Part shown: positions 8,939 through 17,892 of the stretch, in pieces
Layout: every line of letters begins with the position of its first letter
Numbering within the stretch: the first letter of the stretch is position 1
Source: TPA_inf: Saccharomyces
Taxonomy: Eukaryota
Length of the DNA stretch: 64,000 bases
Direction of reading: 5' to 3'
NCBI GenBank assembly: GCA_000146045.2
Contig: BK006938.2
Coordinates: 576,001 to 640,000, forward strand
Made by a program: the position numbers and the translations under genes
Notes under the pieces: generated by a model
The model's input: the letters and a program-made list of their open reading frames with translations, nothing else
Database searches by the model: none
What the model was told of the DNA's origin: nothing

Positions 8939-11719
8939 TCAAACACCGTAGACGCGGTGATAAAACAAAACGTATGCATTAGAGTTAATTGCATCGGCTT
9001 TGTTTTTGACAGGTTTATATTTGGTATCATCAAAATATAGCCATCCCTTCTTTAATCCCTTTTTCACATAGGCTGTATAATGACCACCATACAAAGTACC
9101 AAAGTGGCATGCTACACCATATAATTCATACTTAAAAGGTGGTATTTGTCCCCTTATTGGTAGTTCATCGTCATTAACACCTGGAGGAAAAACCCCGTCA
9201 AAATCATTGGCCCAAAATGGAGTCAAGTCCAACAAAAAAGGGTATATGACGAAGTCATTATTTTTGTTTAATAAATTATCAAATCTCTTTAAATGGACTA
9301 TCAGATTCCTCGGTAATCTCGTTATTGTCAATTGTTTCGTGGAGGGCTGCCTTTTTTCACAATGTGGGCACAACCATTGCTCATCCACTTCCAAGTTCTC
9401 ACATTTGGTGAACTCTCTGAAACAATCTTCAATGGTAATATTATTTCGGGAATTTTTTTTAGGAATAGGGATTGACAGCACCGTAAAAGGTTGGTATGTT
9501 GTCGAGGTATGACTACAGACTTTACATTTTAGTCGTGAGGCGTATTGTCCCTGAAATAAGTCGACAATAACACTGAAATCAGTAGTCAAGAATCGTTCCC
9601 ACTCAATTGACGAGGCAATTCGCAAAGACAGTTTTTCTCTTCTCGCCTCAGCTTCTTGAGAAAGCTCCTTCAAAGGTGGGTTTGAACCGCATTGGTTCAA
9701 GTCTTCATGAAGACCATCTAGAAGGAATTGGCAAAACTCTTGGCAGTCCTGTTGGGATGCAGTCTTAAATAATGAGTTAACAGATCCACATGCCAATTTA
9801 AATTTTATCGGTGATATGGAAATTTTCTTTGAACCATCAACCTGTTCCTTATACATCATATGAACCAACCTTGCAAAATATTTTGCCAGAATACCTTTCG
9901 ATCCCAACTTACTATTAATATTGATGTGTTTAGCATATGAATCGTCCAAAAAGATTTGGGTTAATTCGTGTGTACCTAAGATACACTGAATGATACAGTT
10001 CATGTAACACGAATTTCCTAGATTTTCCAAACCAACCGCGAAATCAAGGTCATAATTATGAGAAGAAGTTGGTGTAACATCTGTATGATCTAAAGAGTCA
10101 TTATTAGACAAGGATAGACACGAAGGTTGAATGGTAGAGGTGGCAGAACTGTGTCCATTGGAGTTCATATTAAGGTTCATACTAATTGTTTGCGGGAAGC
10201 GTTGTAACTTCGGTGTGGCAGTTCTTGATGGAGAAGTGATGGCCTTCGTGTTGATAGGAGCTATGTGAGCAAAAGAGTTGTGATTCAACTGTTCTCTTTG
10301 ATTTGTCATAAAATCTGTCTCACTGTTTTTCCAAAGATGTGGCGTTTCCGGATAATTGATTGGCAATGAATTGCCCTTAACTGGGTCAGGCGAATGTAGA
10401 GGTAAAGGCGATGGTGAACTAGATATGGACAACGAAGATATAGAATATAAGTTTGAATTTGAATTCTTCGGATTAGGAGACGTATAATTTGAGAATAATT
10501 TTTTGAAACTTGAAGATCTTTTTAGCACATGATCATTGTCTGATTGCTGTTGTTGCTGTTGTTGAAGATGATTTAATGGAGTAGGCGCAACTAGCATTTC
10601 TTTCATAGAGTCGTCCATTGAATGTCTTATACTGGGAGACATCTTAGGTAAATGTTGTAAACTTAGGCCAGAAGTGTTACCATTAATATAAACACTATCA
10701 TCTTTAATATTGTTATTTGATGGAAAAGATGATGATACTTGCCTCCCATAATTTGACTTAAGCCAACCTGGAAAACCAGATTCCAGAATGAAAATTTTGG
10801 TAAAGTCATCGGATATTGGTTTTTCAAAGGAATGATTCACCAGAATGTCCAACAGGACAGACTGCTGTTTAACATTGTATTCGTTTGCGTCTGTATAGAG
10901 AATGATAAACTTGAAAAGATTTCTACTTTGAAACATTTTAATCTCACTATTAGGAGAAGTAATTAATGATTTTTTCTCCAAATCATGATCTGAATATGAC
11001 ATTTTAAAAGAAATAGGCTCCAGGCATATAATATTTTTTGTATCAATATGTGACTTGTTGAATTCCAACCTTGATCGTATATCTATCAGTAGTATCTCCA
11101 TTTGGGAGGAAGCAGAATTTGCTGATGAACTTATTAGGGAGTTTAATTGATTGGAAGTGATATAGGAACCCGTTCTCATCAGGTTACATTCTTCTTGCTC
11201 ATGGTTCAATTTTGTTTGTTTTATGGAAGACTTAATGAAACTTTTTATTTTTGCAATGTTTTCATCTTTTAATAAGGTTTCCAGCAAAGTGTTGTAAATG
11301 TTCATGAGTTGAAATTCATTATTGTTGTTATTACCGTTGCCCTCATCACTCGTGCTCTTATGTAATTTAATCTTGGCGAATTCACTTAAATGAGGAATAT
11401 TGGTTGTTACAATAATGTGAATTACCTTGTAGTAAACATAATTTAATTGAATAATCATTACGGAATTTGAACTAATCATTGCACCCTTATTTTTGCACGA
11501 TATAATATTTTTGATATCTTTCGAGTTCTTCTTGTAAATAGATAAAATATCGATGCATTTATCTAGAAGACTGCTCAAATCTTGATCTTTTGCCTTACCA
11601 GTTATGATGAATTCGTTAATTTTAGCCTCTGCAATAGCGGTTAGTTGTGCTATCGTAAGGTACTTCGACCGGTGACGAATACACTCATCCCTTATGGTAC
11701 TAATAATATTCTGCTCCAT
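8939..11719 (-). CDS. DOA4: Ubiquitin C-terminal hydrolase (USP family) with rhodanese-like domain, 926 aa
   Basis: Cys box GLENLGNSCYMNCIIQC and His box YELYGVACHFGTLYGGHYTAY. Length matches YDR069C. Confidence 0.95.
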   Translation of the reverse strand: MEQNIISTIRDECIRHRSKYLTIAQLTAIAEAKINEFIITGKAKDQDLSSLLDKCIDILSIYKKNSKDIKNIISCKNKGAMISSNSVMIIQLNYVYYKVIHIIVTTNIPHLSEFAKIKLHKSTSDEGNGNNNNNEFQLMNIYNTLLETLLKDENIAKIKSFIKSSIKQTKLNHEQEECNLMRTGSYITSNQLNSLISSSANSASSQMEILLIDIRSRLEFNKSHIDTKNIICLEPISFKMSYSDHDLEKKSLITSPNSEIKMFQSRNLFKFIILYTDANEYNVKQQSVLLDILVNHSFEKPISDDFTKIFILESGFPGWLKSNYGRQVSSSFPSNNNIKDDSVYINGNTSGLSLQHLPKMSPSIRHSMDDSMKEMLVAPTPLNHLQQQQQQQSDNDHVLKRSSSFKKLFSNYTSPNPKNSNSNLYSISSLSISSSPSPLPLHSPDPVKGNSLPINYPETPHLWKNSETDFMTNQREQLNHNSFAHIAPINTKAITSPSRTATPKLQRFPQTISMNLNMNSNGHSSATSTIQPSCLSLSNNDSLDHTDVTPTSSHNYDLDFAVGLENLGNSCYMNCIIQCILGTHELTQIFLDDSYAKHININSKLGSKGILAKYFARLVHMMYKEQVDGSKKISISPIKFKLACGSVNSLFKTASQQDCQEFCQFLLDGLHEDLNQCGSNPPLKELSQEAEARREKLSLRIASSIEWERFLTTDFSVIVDLFQGQYASRLKCKVCSHTSTTYQPFTVLSIPIPKKNSRNNITIEDCFREFTKCENLEVDEQWLCPHCEKRQPSTKQLTITRLPRNLIVHLKRFDNLLNKNNDFVIYPFLLDLTPFWANDFDGVFPPGVNDDELPIRGQIPPFKYELYGVACHFGTLYGGHYTAYVKKGLKKGWLYFDDTKYKPVKNKADAINSNAYVLFYHRVYGV

Positions 11720-11839
11720 AACTTAAGCATGTATCAAATAGTAAAAAAAACTTTGGAAGCGTGCACACTCAGTCTTAAATCTGCCCTATACTACCGAAGA
11801 TAAATACATGAACTACACGTATCATATAACATCATATCC

Positions 11840-11873
11840 TTTTTTTTTTTTTTTTTTTTTTTTCTAGGCTTTT
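11840..11873 (+). repeat. 34-nt uninterrupted poly(dT) tract in the DOA4/FMP16 intergenic region
   Basis: Read directly, about 120 bp upstream of the DOA4 ATG (minus-strand gene). Such tracts exclude nucleosomes. Confidence 0.9.
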
Positions 11874-12097
11874 ACTAATACAAGGGCCTTAGCCATTCGC
11901 TAAACGTAATGAACGATATTGAAGCAAATGAAGTAAAACAATGTGGAAAGCAAATAAATAATGGTTATAGTTTTGCACTTATATAGATATCAATAAATGA
12001 TATGATATGACTAAATACGATAGGACCAGGGGGGAAGGAATATAGATATGTGTATGACAGAAACTACATGCATATACGAGTTTGTACCAAGTGCTTC

Positions 12098-12379
12098 TTA
12101 ATAAACACCGTCATCTGGCCTGTTTTGTTCGATTCTAGCGTCATCTCCCTTTTTTTTCAAATCTTCCATTCCAGGTTGCTTATAATCTGGATTCTTGCCG
12201 TGTTCCAAAGTGTCCAACCTCTTCTTGTTGCTATCAAACAAACCCTGTTCTTTTTTCTCAGCTTCATCTTGATTGTTCTTTAGGTGAGGAAAGGCGGCCC
12301 TAGTGACGATTGAGAAAGACGCCCTTGGCGATTTACGCATCAATTGTCTTGGAGTGCGCAAAAAAGTGGTTCTCAACAT
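12098..12379 (-). CDS. FMP16: Small mitochondrial matrix protein, 93 aa
   Basis: The tracked ORF 12098..12385 begins with a TTG codon. The first ATG is at 12379 (MLRTTFLRTPRQL...), a mitochondrial presequence-like N-terminus. 93 aa matches YDR070C. Confidence 0.8.
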   Translation of the reverse strand: MLRTTFLRTPRQLMRKSPRASFSIVTRAAFPHLKNNQDEAEKKEQGLFDSNKKRLDTLEHGKNPDYKQPGMEDLKKKGDDARIEQNRPDDGVY

Positions 12380-12826
12380 TATCAAATATATTCCTGTGTA
12401 TTATATATGTGATACTGCGGTCTGGCTTCAACTGCTGTTGGAGTATTGTAGGAACAAGTATTCAAGGCCAAAAAAAACTAAGAGCCAACTCAAAGGCCAT
12501 ATCTACCTAATCAAATCTTGGGACCTTTATATACTTATGTGCTTTTACGGTTCCCTTAGATTCTGTACAGGAAGAAGGGGTTGATACAGGAACAAACCCT
12601 TTACAGTAAAGGTATCCTTAAAAAAAAAGGAAGGTAGTACGTATATCTCTCCAAGAACTGAAAAGAACCCAATCACCGGAATTAAGCAGTGATATCTCAG
12701 TACGGTCAAGGATGTAGGGTAGCACCAGTAGTAATGATTTTAATTATACTTGGCAATTTTAAAATATACAAAAATTATATGTAGTATTTATAATTAGACA
12801 TTTGTAAAGTGCGTTAAACTAATGAT

Positions 12827-13402
12827 CTAGTTGTCGTATTCTTCCTTAATTAGTTCTCTCTCCATATCGATCCATTTCTGTTCTGCGAAGTTTTTGTCCT
12901 TAGCAACATTGGTGTTCTCAGCAATGATCTTGAAACCAACTCTTTCATAAAATGGTATCAATGGCTCGTGAGCAATAAGGACAATTTTGTTACCAATTTC
13001 CTGATTACTCAATTTCTGAATGTAGTCAGTTAAAAGTAAAGTAGCCAGGTTTTTTTTCTGGTATTCTGGCTTGATTACTACAGAGTGAATACCAATATGA
13101 TTACTCGATTCCACTTGTAATTTGCCCATGCTTTCGATAGTAATGTATTCATGAGGTATCTTAGTACCCATAATATGACCAATTAGTGTCTCCTTTTTAA
13201 CTTCTTTGCCCTCGATCTCTCTGATGAAAAGACCTGAACATAGCTCTGGACAATTGATCAAACGAAAGCTGATAATTTCTTCTGAAGCTCTTTCGTTTGG
13301 TGGGAAACCTTGGCTTTCCAAGTTCAAAATCTGCTTTAAATCTTCAATGATTAAGGGTCTAATATACATATGAAGCGGTAGCGTGCTACTTGAGGAGGCC
13401 AT
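12827..13402 (-). CDS. PAA1: GNAT-family polyamine N-acetyltransferase, 191 aa
   Basis: 191-aa ORF with GNAT-fold motifs. Matches YDR071C. Confidence 0.9.
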
Positions 13403-13760
13403 TTTAACTTTTTATTTAATCGTAATGTATTGGTGTTATTTTTTCTCCGAGAAAAGTATTCTGATGTCCAATTCTTCTTAATCTAGTTTGTTGTAAATTT
13501 TTCTTACAAACACTTGCTCCCGCTTCTTGTCCAGTGGGATGTTCGTCGTTCTTCCATTGCTTTTCCATTTTTGCCCGTTCAAAACTATTCTTTTTATGAA
13601 TTGACAGAAAACCAAAAGCAAGCCGATTTCAGGTTAACCCTTTATTAAAATAAAAAAAAAAAGCATGCATAACACTAATAATATATTATTAAAAAAAAAG
13701 CCAATCTATATTATTTAAATTATCCGAAATTACTTTTATTACATTATGACATTCTATAGT

Positions 13761-15344
13761 CTATGCAAGCGGATCAAAAAACCATTCCATCTTGGTGCCA
13801 CAAAATACTCTCATGCCAAAAGTGCGAGCTTCGTTTCTTGTATCCACTTTGTCGCCTAACCTTATATGAATCCACTTTTTTAAAACTTTTGGTTGTAAAA
13901 CAAACCAGTTTATGATGATGAAACTTGTCATTGCATATAAAACACCAACGAAAAGGTCAAATCTATAATGGTGGTCCAGATACATGGTAGCCCACCATTG
14001 TAGTATTATATATAGGATAGCCCAGAATTTTGGTATAAACCCATCGTTGACTATTTTAAAAATCCATTTGTTTGTGAAGTTCGTGTCTTCATCATATAAA
14101 TGGACAAACTGGAGAGGTTTCTTATTGCCATTGCTGTTAATAATGCTGCCGTCGCCGCCGCCGGTGCTTCTTTCATTACTGGATACGGTGAATGAAGATG
14201 AAGGGGAGGAGGACCGCTCATTTGAAATATCTACAGGCTCAACGGTACCCAATGGTTCCATCTCTAAGTCGTTAGGGCCAATCGTGGGCGGTATGCTATT
14301 GTCACCTTCATCTTCGCTGTCTTCCTCACTCAACTTGAAAGTGGAAGAATCATTATTGTGCATTGTGAAACCTCCAGCATTGGAAAATCTGTGTTTTAAG
14401 CTGGTGGACCTTGAAACCAAAAACAAGAAACATTGAAATGCAATGGCGGAGTGTAGTGAAGGAACAGCACCAAACACAATAGGAGACATGTGAAATCCTT
14501 TAGTGTTCAAATGAGTACCCAAATGGCTATCTACTCTTATCAAACCGGCAGCAAACCCTTCCTGGGTGTAATTAACATGTTCGGTGTCATCAATACCGTA
14601 CAGATGAGTAAACCATGGGGAGGCCATTGGAACAAGCAGATGGGTAAGGACCCCCGCTATATTTTGTAATCCTAGGGCAAAACTAAAGCATTTTAAAGTC
14701 CCCGGTGGTTGGAAGACGTATAAGTATACAGCTGTTAAAATTGGAGCTGTCAAGTGCAGGATGACATAGGAGAACCAAGCCAGTAAATCCTTGGTCTTAG
14801 TAAAGTTTGCATCCGACTGGTAAGCAAAGAAATGATCAATGTTGAGTATAACAAATGTAAACAGGGGCAAGGCAAACGGTATGAAAATTGTCCGAAATCT
14901 CTTTTGGATCGGCCGCTGCTTGCGCTTGCAGGGGTAATGAAAAATATTTGCGAACCACTCTAACAGATTATAGTTAACGTGCTTAATGTAATAGATGTAG
15001 TACCAAATGGCAAAGGGAATACATATCAGAAATACTAAGAGAAATGCAGAAGATGATATGAATGACCAGAAAAATAGCTTCGAAGTATTATCGGGCAATT
15101 GTACAGTAAGTTCATGCCAATAGTCCCCAAAGAGGAATTGATCAGCAAAAAAAGCAAACTTGCTATGAATGTCAGGTCTGAGCCTTATGGGTATCAGACC
15201 AGCGCGCTTGAATATAGACAGCCAAATAAACACTGGCGCAAAATTAAGCATGAAGTTGAACGGCAGGCTTATTAGATTACGTTGGTTCAAACTTGCATTA
15301 TACATGTTTTTGACGAAACTCGCCAAAGAAAATATGACATTCAT
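13761..15344 (-). CDS. IPT1: Inositolphosphotransferase (Aur1/PAP2-like), makes M(IP)2C; 527 aa
   Basis: Multi-TM protein with PAP2/LPP-like motifs (PSLHSAIAF). Matches YDR072C. Confidence 0.93.
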   Translation of the reverse strand: MNVIFSLASFVKNMYNASLNQRNLISLPFNFMLNFAPVFIWLSIFKRAGLIPIRLRPDIHSKFAFFADQFLFGDYWHELTVQLPDNTSKLFFWSFISSSAFLLVFLICIPFAIWYYIYYIKHVNYNLLEWFANIFHYPCKRKQRPIQKRFRTIFIPFALPLFTFVILNIDHFFAYQSDANFTKTKDLLAWFSYVILHLTAPILTAVYLYVFQPPGTLKCFSFALGLQNIAGVLTHLLVPMASPWFTHLYGIDDTEHVNYTQEGFAAGLIRVDSHLGTHLNTKGFHMSPIVFGAVPSLHSAIAFQCFLFLVSRSTSLKHRFSNAGGFTMHNNDSSTFKLSEEDSEDEGDNSIPPTIGPNDLEMEPLGTVEPVDISNERSSSPSSSFTVSSNERSTGGGDGSIINSNGNKKPLQFVHLYDEDTNFTNKWIFKIVNDGFIPKFWAILYIILQWWATMYLDHHYRFDLFVGVLYAMTSFIIINWFVLQPKVLKKWIHIRLGDKVDTRNEARTFGMRVFCGTKMEWFFDPLA

Positions 15345-15789
15345 GCTTTCTTAGACGTTGAAAGACTTTAGGTGATTCTTAGCAGAAATGATAACGTCCA
15401 ACCGGTGAAATAAAGGAACAGTTAGGGTGGCAATGAAAAAGTAGCGATGCTTATGAAAACACTATGCCTTAGGTTTCCTTTTTTTATTTTTATTTGACAA
15501 GTAGCGATTACTCTTCTATTGTTCCTGGTTTTTGATGCTCGAATGTATTATATAAAAATGTTGTGGCCGGAGGTCTGCATTTCTAGGCATTTTTCCTTTT
15601 TCTTATTTTTTTTACTTTCCTACTAACTTTGCACTTCGTAAGAGAATTTACACCAGAACTCTCGATTGAGGCGAAGAAGGCGGAGAAAAAAGCCGGTAAA
15701 AAAAAAAAGCGGAATCAATCAGCACAATCAGAGGCGTCAAGAAGCGGCGCGGGGATAATGCTTTTTTCCCGTGGCGTTCACATTTTTGT

Positions 15790-15797
15790 TCCGCGGA
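15790..15797. promoter_or_regulatory. Perfect PDRE (TCCGCGGA), a Pdr1/Pdr3 response element, in the IPT1 promoter
   Basis: Exact palindromic TCCGCGGA lies 446 bp upstream of the IPT1 ATG. IPT1 is an established Pdr1/Pdr3 target. Confidence 0.7.
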
Positions 15798-15800
15798 AAG

Positions 15801-15806
15801 CACGTG
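15801..15806. promoter_or_regulatory. CACGTG E-box (Cbf1/Pho4/Tye7-type site) in the IPT1/SNF11 divergent promoter
   Basis: Exact CACGTG (context AGCACGTGAG) 3 bp from the PDRE, within a GC-rich segment. Confidence 0.45.
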
Positions 15807-16438
15807 AGCGTAATCCACTCGGGAAGGGCGCAGCTGCCGTGGCCAACTGAAGTAATCTTTAGCCGTTTATCGCCGCGCAAAACGGCAATTGCACTTGAGA
15901 CCCCAACGGCGCTGTGCAGCAGGGTATTCTACTACGTGTTAGCTTGCCTTGCATTTCCCCATGCGTCTCGAATAGGAATTATTCAAGATGGATTATTGGC
16001 ATTTACGAGTAACCAAGGATAACCCCGCTGTGCGGTGAAACCACCCTCTTTTCACGTTTCTTCAAGGCCAGTGCAAACGCGAATAAACATATCTACGCTA
16101 TATATAGATATGACGTTTCTCAAGCCAACAGAAGTAGATAAAGCAGCCAGGAGGGTAGAGAGTGTTCAAATTATAGCAAGCCTTCTTCTACCTGTTTTTT
16201 TTTGATGATTGTTTTGCCGGGTAACAATCGACTTTCGGGCAAATTTTTTTTCCTTTTTTCTCCTAACAGTATATACGGAGTGGAGAACAGACTTCCCATA
16301 AAAGCATATTACGTGGGGTCGTAGTAAGATTGCCGTTTATGATACCCTCTATTCAGGGCTCAGAGCGCATCACGATCGGGAGTGTAAATTCAATGTGCAT
16401 ATAAGCAAAACACACAGATTTCCTTTTTTCCCAGAAAA

Positions 16439-16948
16439 ATGAGCAGTGAAATTGCCTACTCGAATACGAACACCAACACTGAAAACGAGAACCGCAATAC
16501 TGGCGCTGGCGTAGATGTAAATACAAATGCAAATGCAAATGCAAATGCAACTGCAAATGCAACTGCAAATGCAACTGCAAATGCAACTGCAGAGCTGAAC
16601 CTCCCCACGGTCGATGAGCAAAGACAGTATAAGGTACAACTGCTATTGCATATCAACAGCATATTACTTGCTAGAGTTATTCAGATGAATAATAGTTTAC
16701 AAAACAATCTACAGAACAATATAAATAATAGCAATAACAATAACATCATCAGGATACAGCAACTTATATCTCAGTTCCTTAAAAGGGTTCATGCCAATCT
16801 TCAATGCATATCTCAGATAAACCAAGGAGTGCCCTCAGCGAAACCACTGATCCTCACGCCTCCTCAGCTAGCCAACCAGCAGCAACCTCCACAGGATATT
16901 CTTTCTAAACTCTATCTTCTCTTGGCAAGAGTGTTCGAGATATGGTAG
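16439..16948 (+). CDS. SNF11: SWI/SNF chromatin-remodelling complex subunit, 169 aa
   Basis: 169-aa ORF with a N/A/T-repeat region and a Q/N-rich tail. Matches YDR073W. Confidence 0.9.
   Translation: MSSEIAYSNTNTNTENENRNTGAGVDVNTNANANANATANATANATANATAELNLPTVDEQRQYKVQLLLHINSILLARVIQMNNSLQNNLQNNINNSNNNNIIRIQQLISQFLKRVHANLQCISQINQGVPSAKPLILTPPQLANQQQPPQDILSKLYLLLARVFEIW
16525..16590 (+). repeat. Hexanucleotide tandem repeat (AAATGC/AACTGC) x11 inside SNF11, encoding (NA)n(NATA)n
   Basis: Direct reading shows 11 consecutive 6-nt units. The repeat also creates spurious antisense ORFs (HLQLHLQL..., CICSCICS...). Confidence 0.9.
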
Positions 16949-17369
16949 AATAACTTTGTTTCTCTTCCCTTTTTTATTTTGTTTTTTTTTTTTTACTTTT
17001 GCAATTTTAATTTTGCATTCAGCTACAGGTGTGATTGCATACCCGCAGAGCAAGTACAGGAAGCATAAGAAAAATAGAATACGAAAAGCAGAAAAAGAAA
17101 GGCAAATAACAATCACTCAAGTACTACAACTGCATGAATTTATCGTATGTAATGTACCCAACGTAAATAATAATATTAGTATTTTAAAATCTATGACATC
17201 AGATGTAGTTATCTTACTGCCAGCCCTATTAATACTACTTTCTTATTATCTTCTTCGAGAGCCACCTTCGTCATCGTCGCAGTAAGCATTGTCATCTTCA
17301 TCATGCACGTCGGTAACGGAAGCCTAATCTCAATATCTACTAGTTTACTCTACGCCATTTGGAGCGTAG

Positions 17370-17476
17370 CCCCTTCTCCTTTTGACTCTCTGACTTTTCC
17401 CTCCCCTCCTTCTCTTCTGGCCTAGCCTAACCTAGTCTAGCCTCGCTGGACCCCCTCCTTCCAACGGTCAACCCCT
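17370..17476 (+). promoter_or_regulatory. Cluster of four STRE cores (CCCCT) upstream of TPS2; Msn2/Msn4 stress response elements
   Basis: CCCCT at 17370..17374, 17403..17407, 17452..17456 and 17472..17476. These lie 417-523 bp upstream of the TPS2 ATG. TPS2 is a classical STRE-driven gene. Confidence 0.7.
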
Positions 17477-17892
17477 TCCTTTCTATTCTCTTCTCGTTCT
17501 CTACGTAAGGAACTTGTAAAAGAAAAAATTTGGTGCCATACAGGGAAATCGGCAGTGAGACGGAGCGGCCGAGGGTCTGATTATAGGGGTTAGTTACGCT
17601 CCTACTATGACGATCAAGGAGAGACAATCTCGATTCTCATTTTCTTTGGGACAATACGCCTTTAACCCCCCATTTTCGGACATCCCTGGAAGTCTCAGCT
17701 GATTCATTTAAATACTATCAATTTCCGTGTACTTTCGGAGATCTTTCAGTCAGCTTTTCCTTCATCTTTTTCAGTCTAATCTAAGGAAGAAGAAAAGCAC
17801 TTCAATACGAATAGCTACCAACGTACCCAGTTCACGTTGAACAAGCAATAGAAAACCAAAATAACACTGCCTGTCACTATTTCTGTGCCGAA

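Noticed and set aside
15629-16022. Two overlapping small ORFs (73 and 83 aa) in the GC-rich IPT1/SNF11 intergenic region
   Set aside because: Their openness is explained by local GC-richness. Ala/Arg/Gly-rich translation with no domain, sitting in a divergent promoter.
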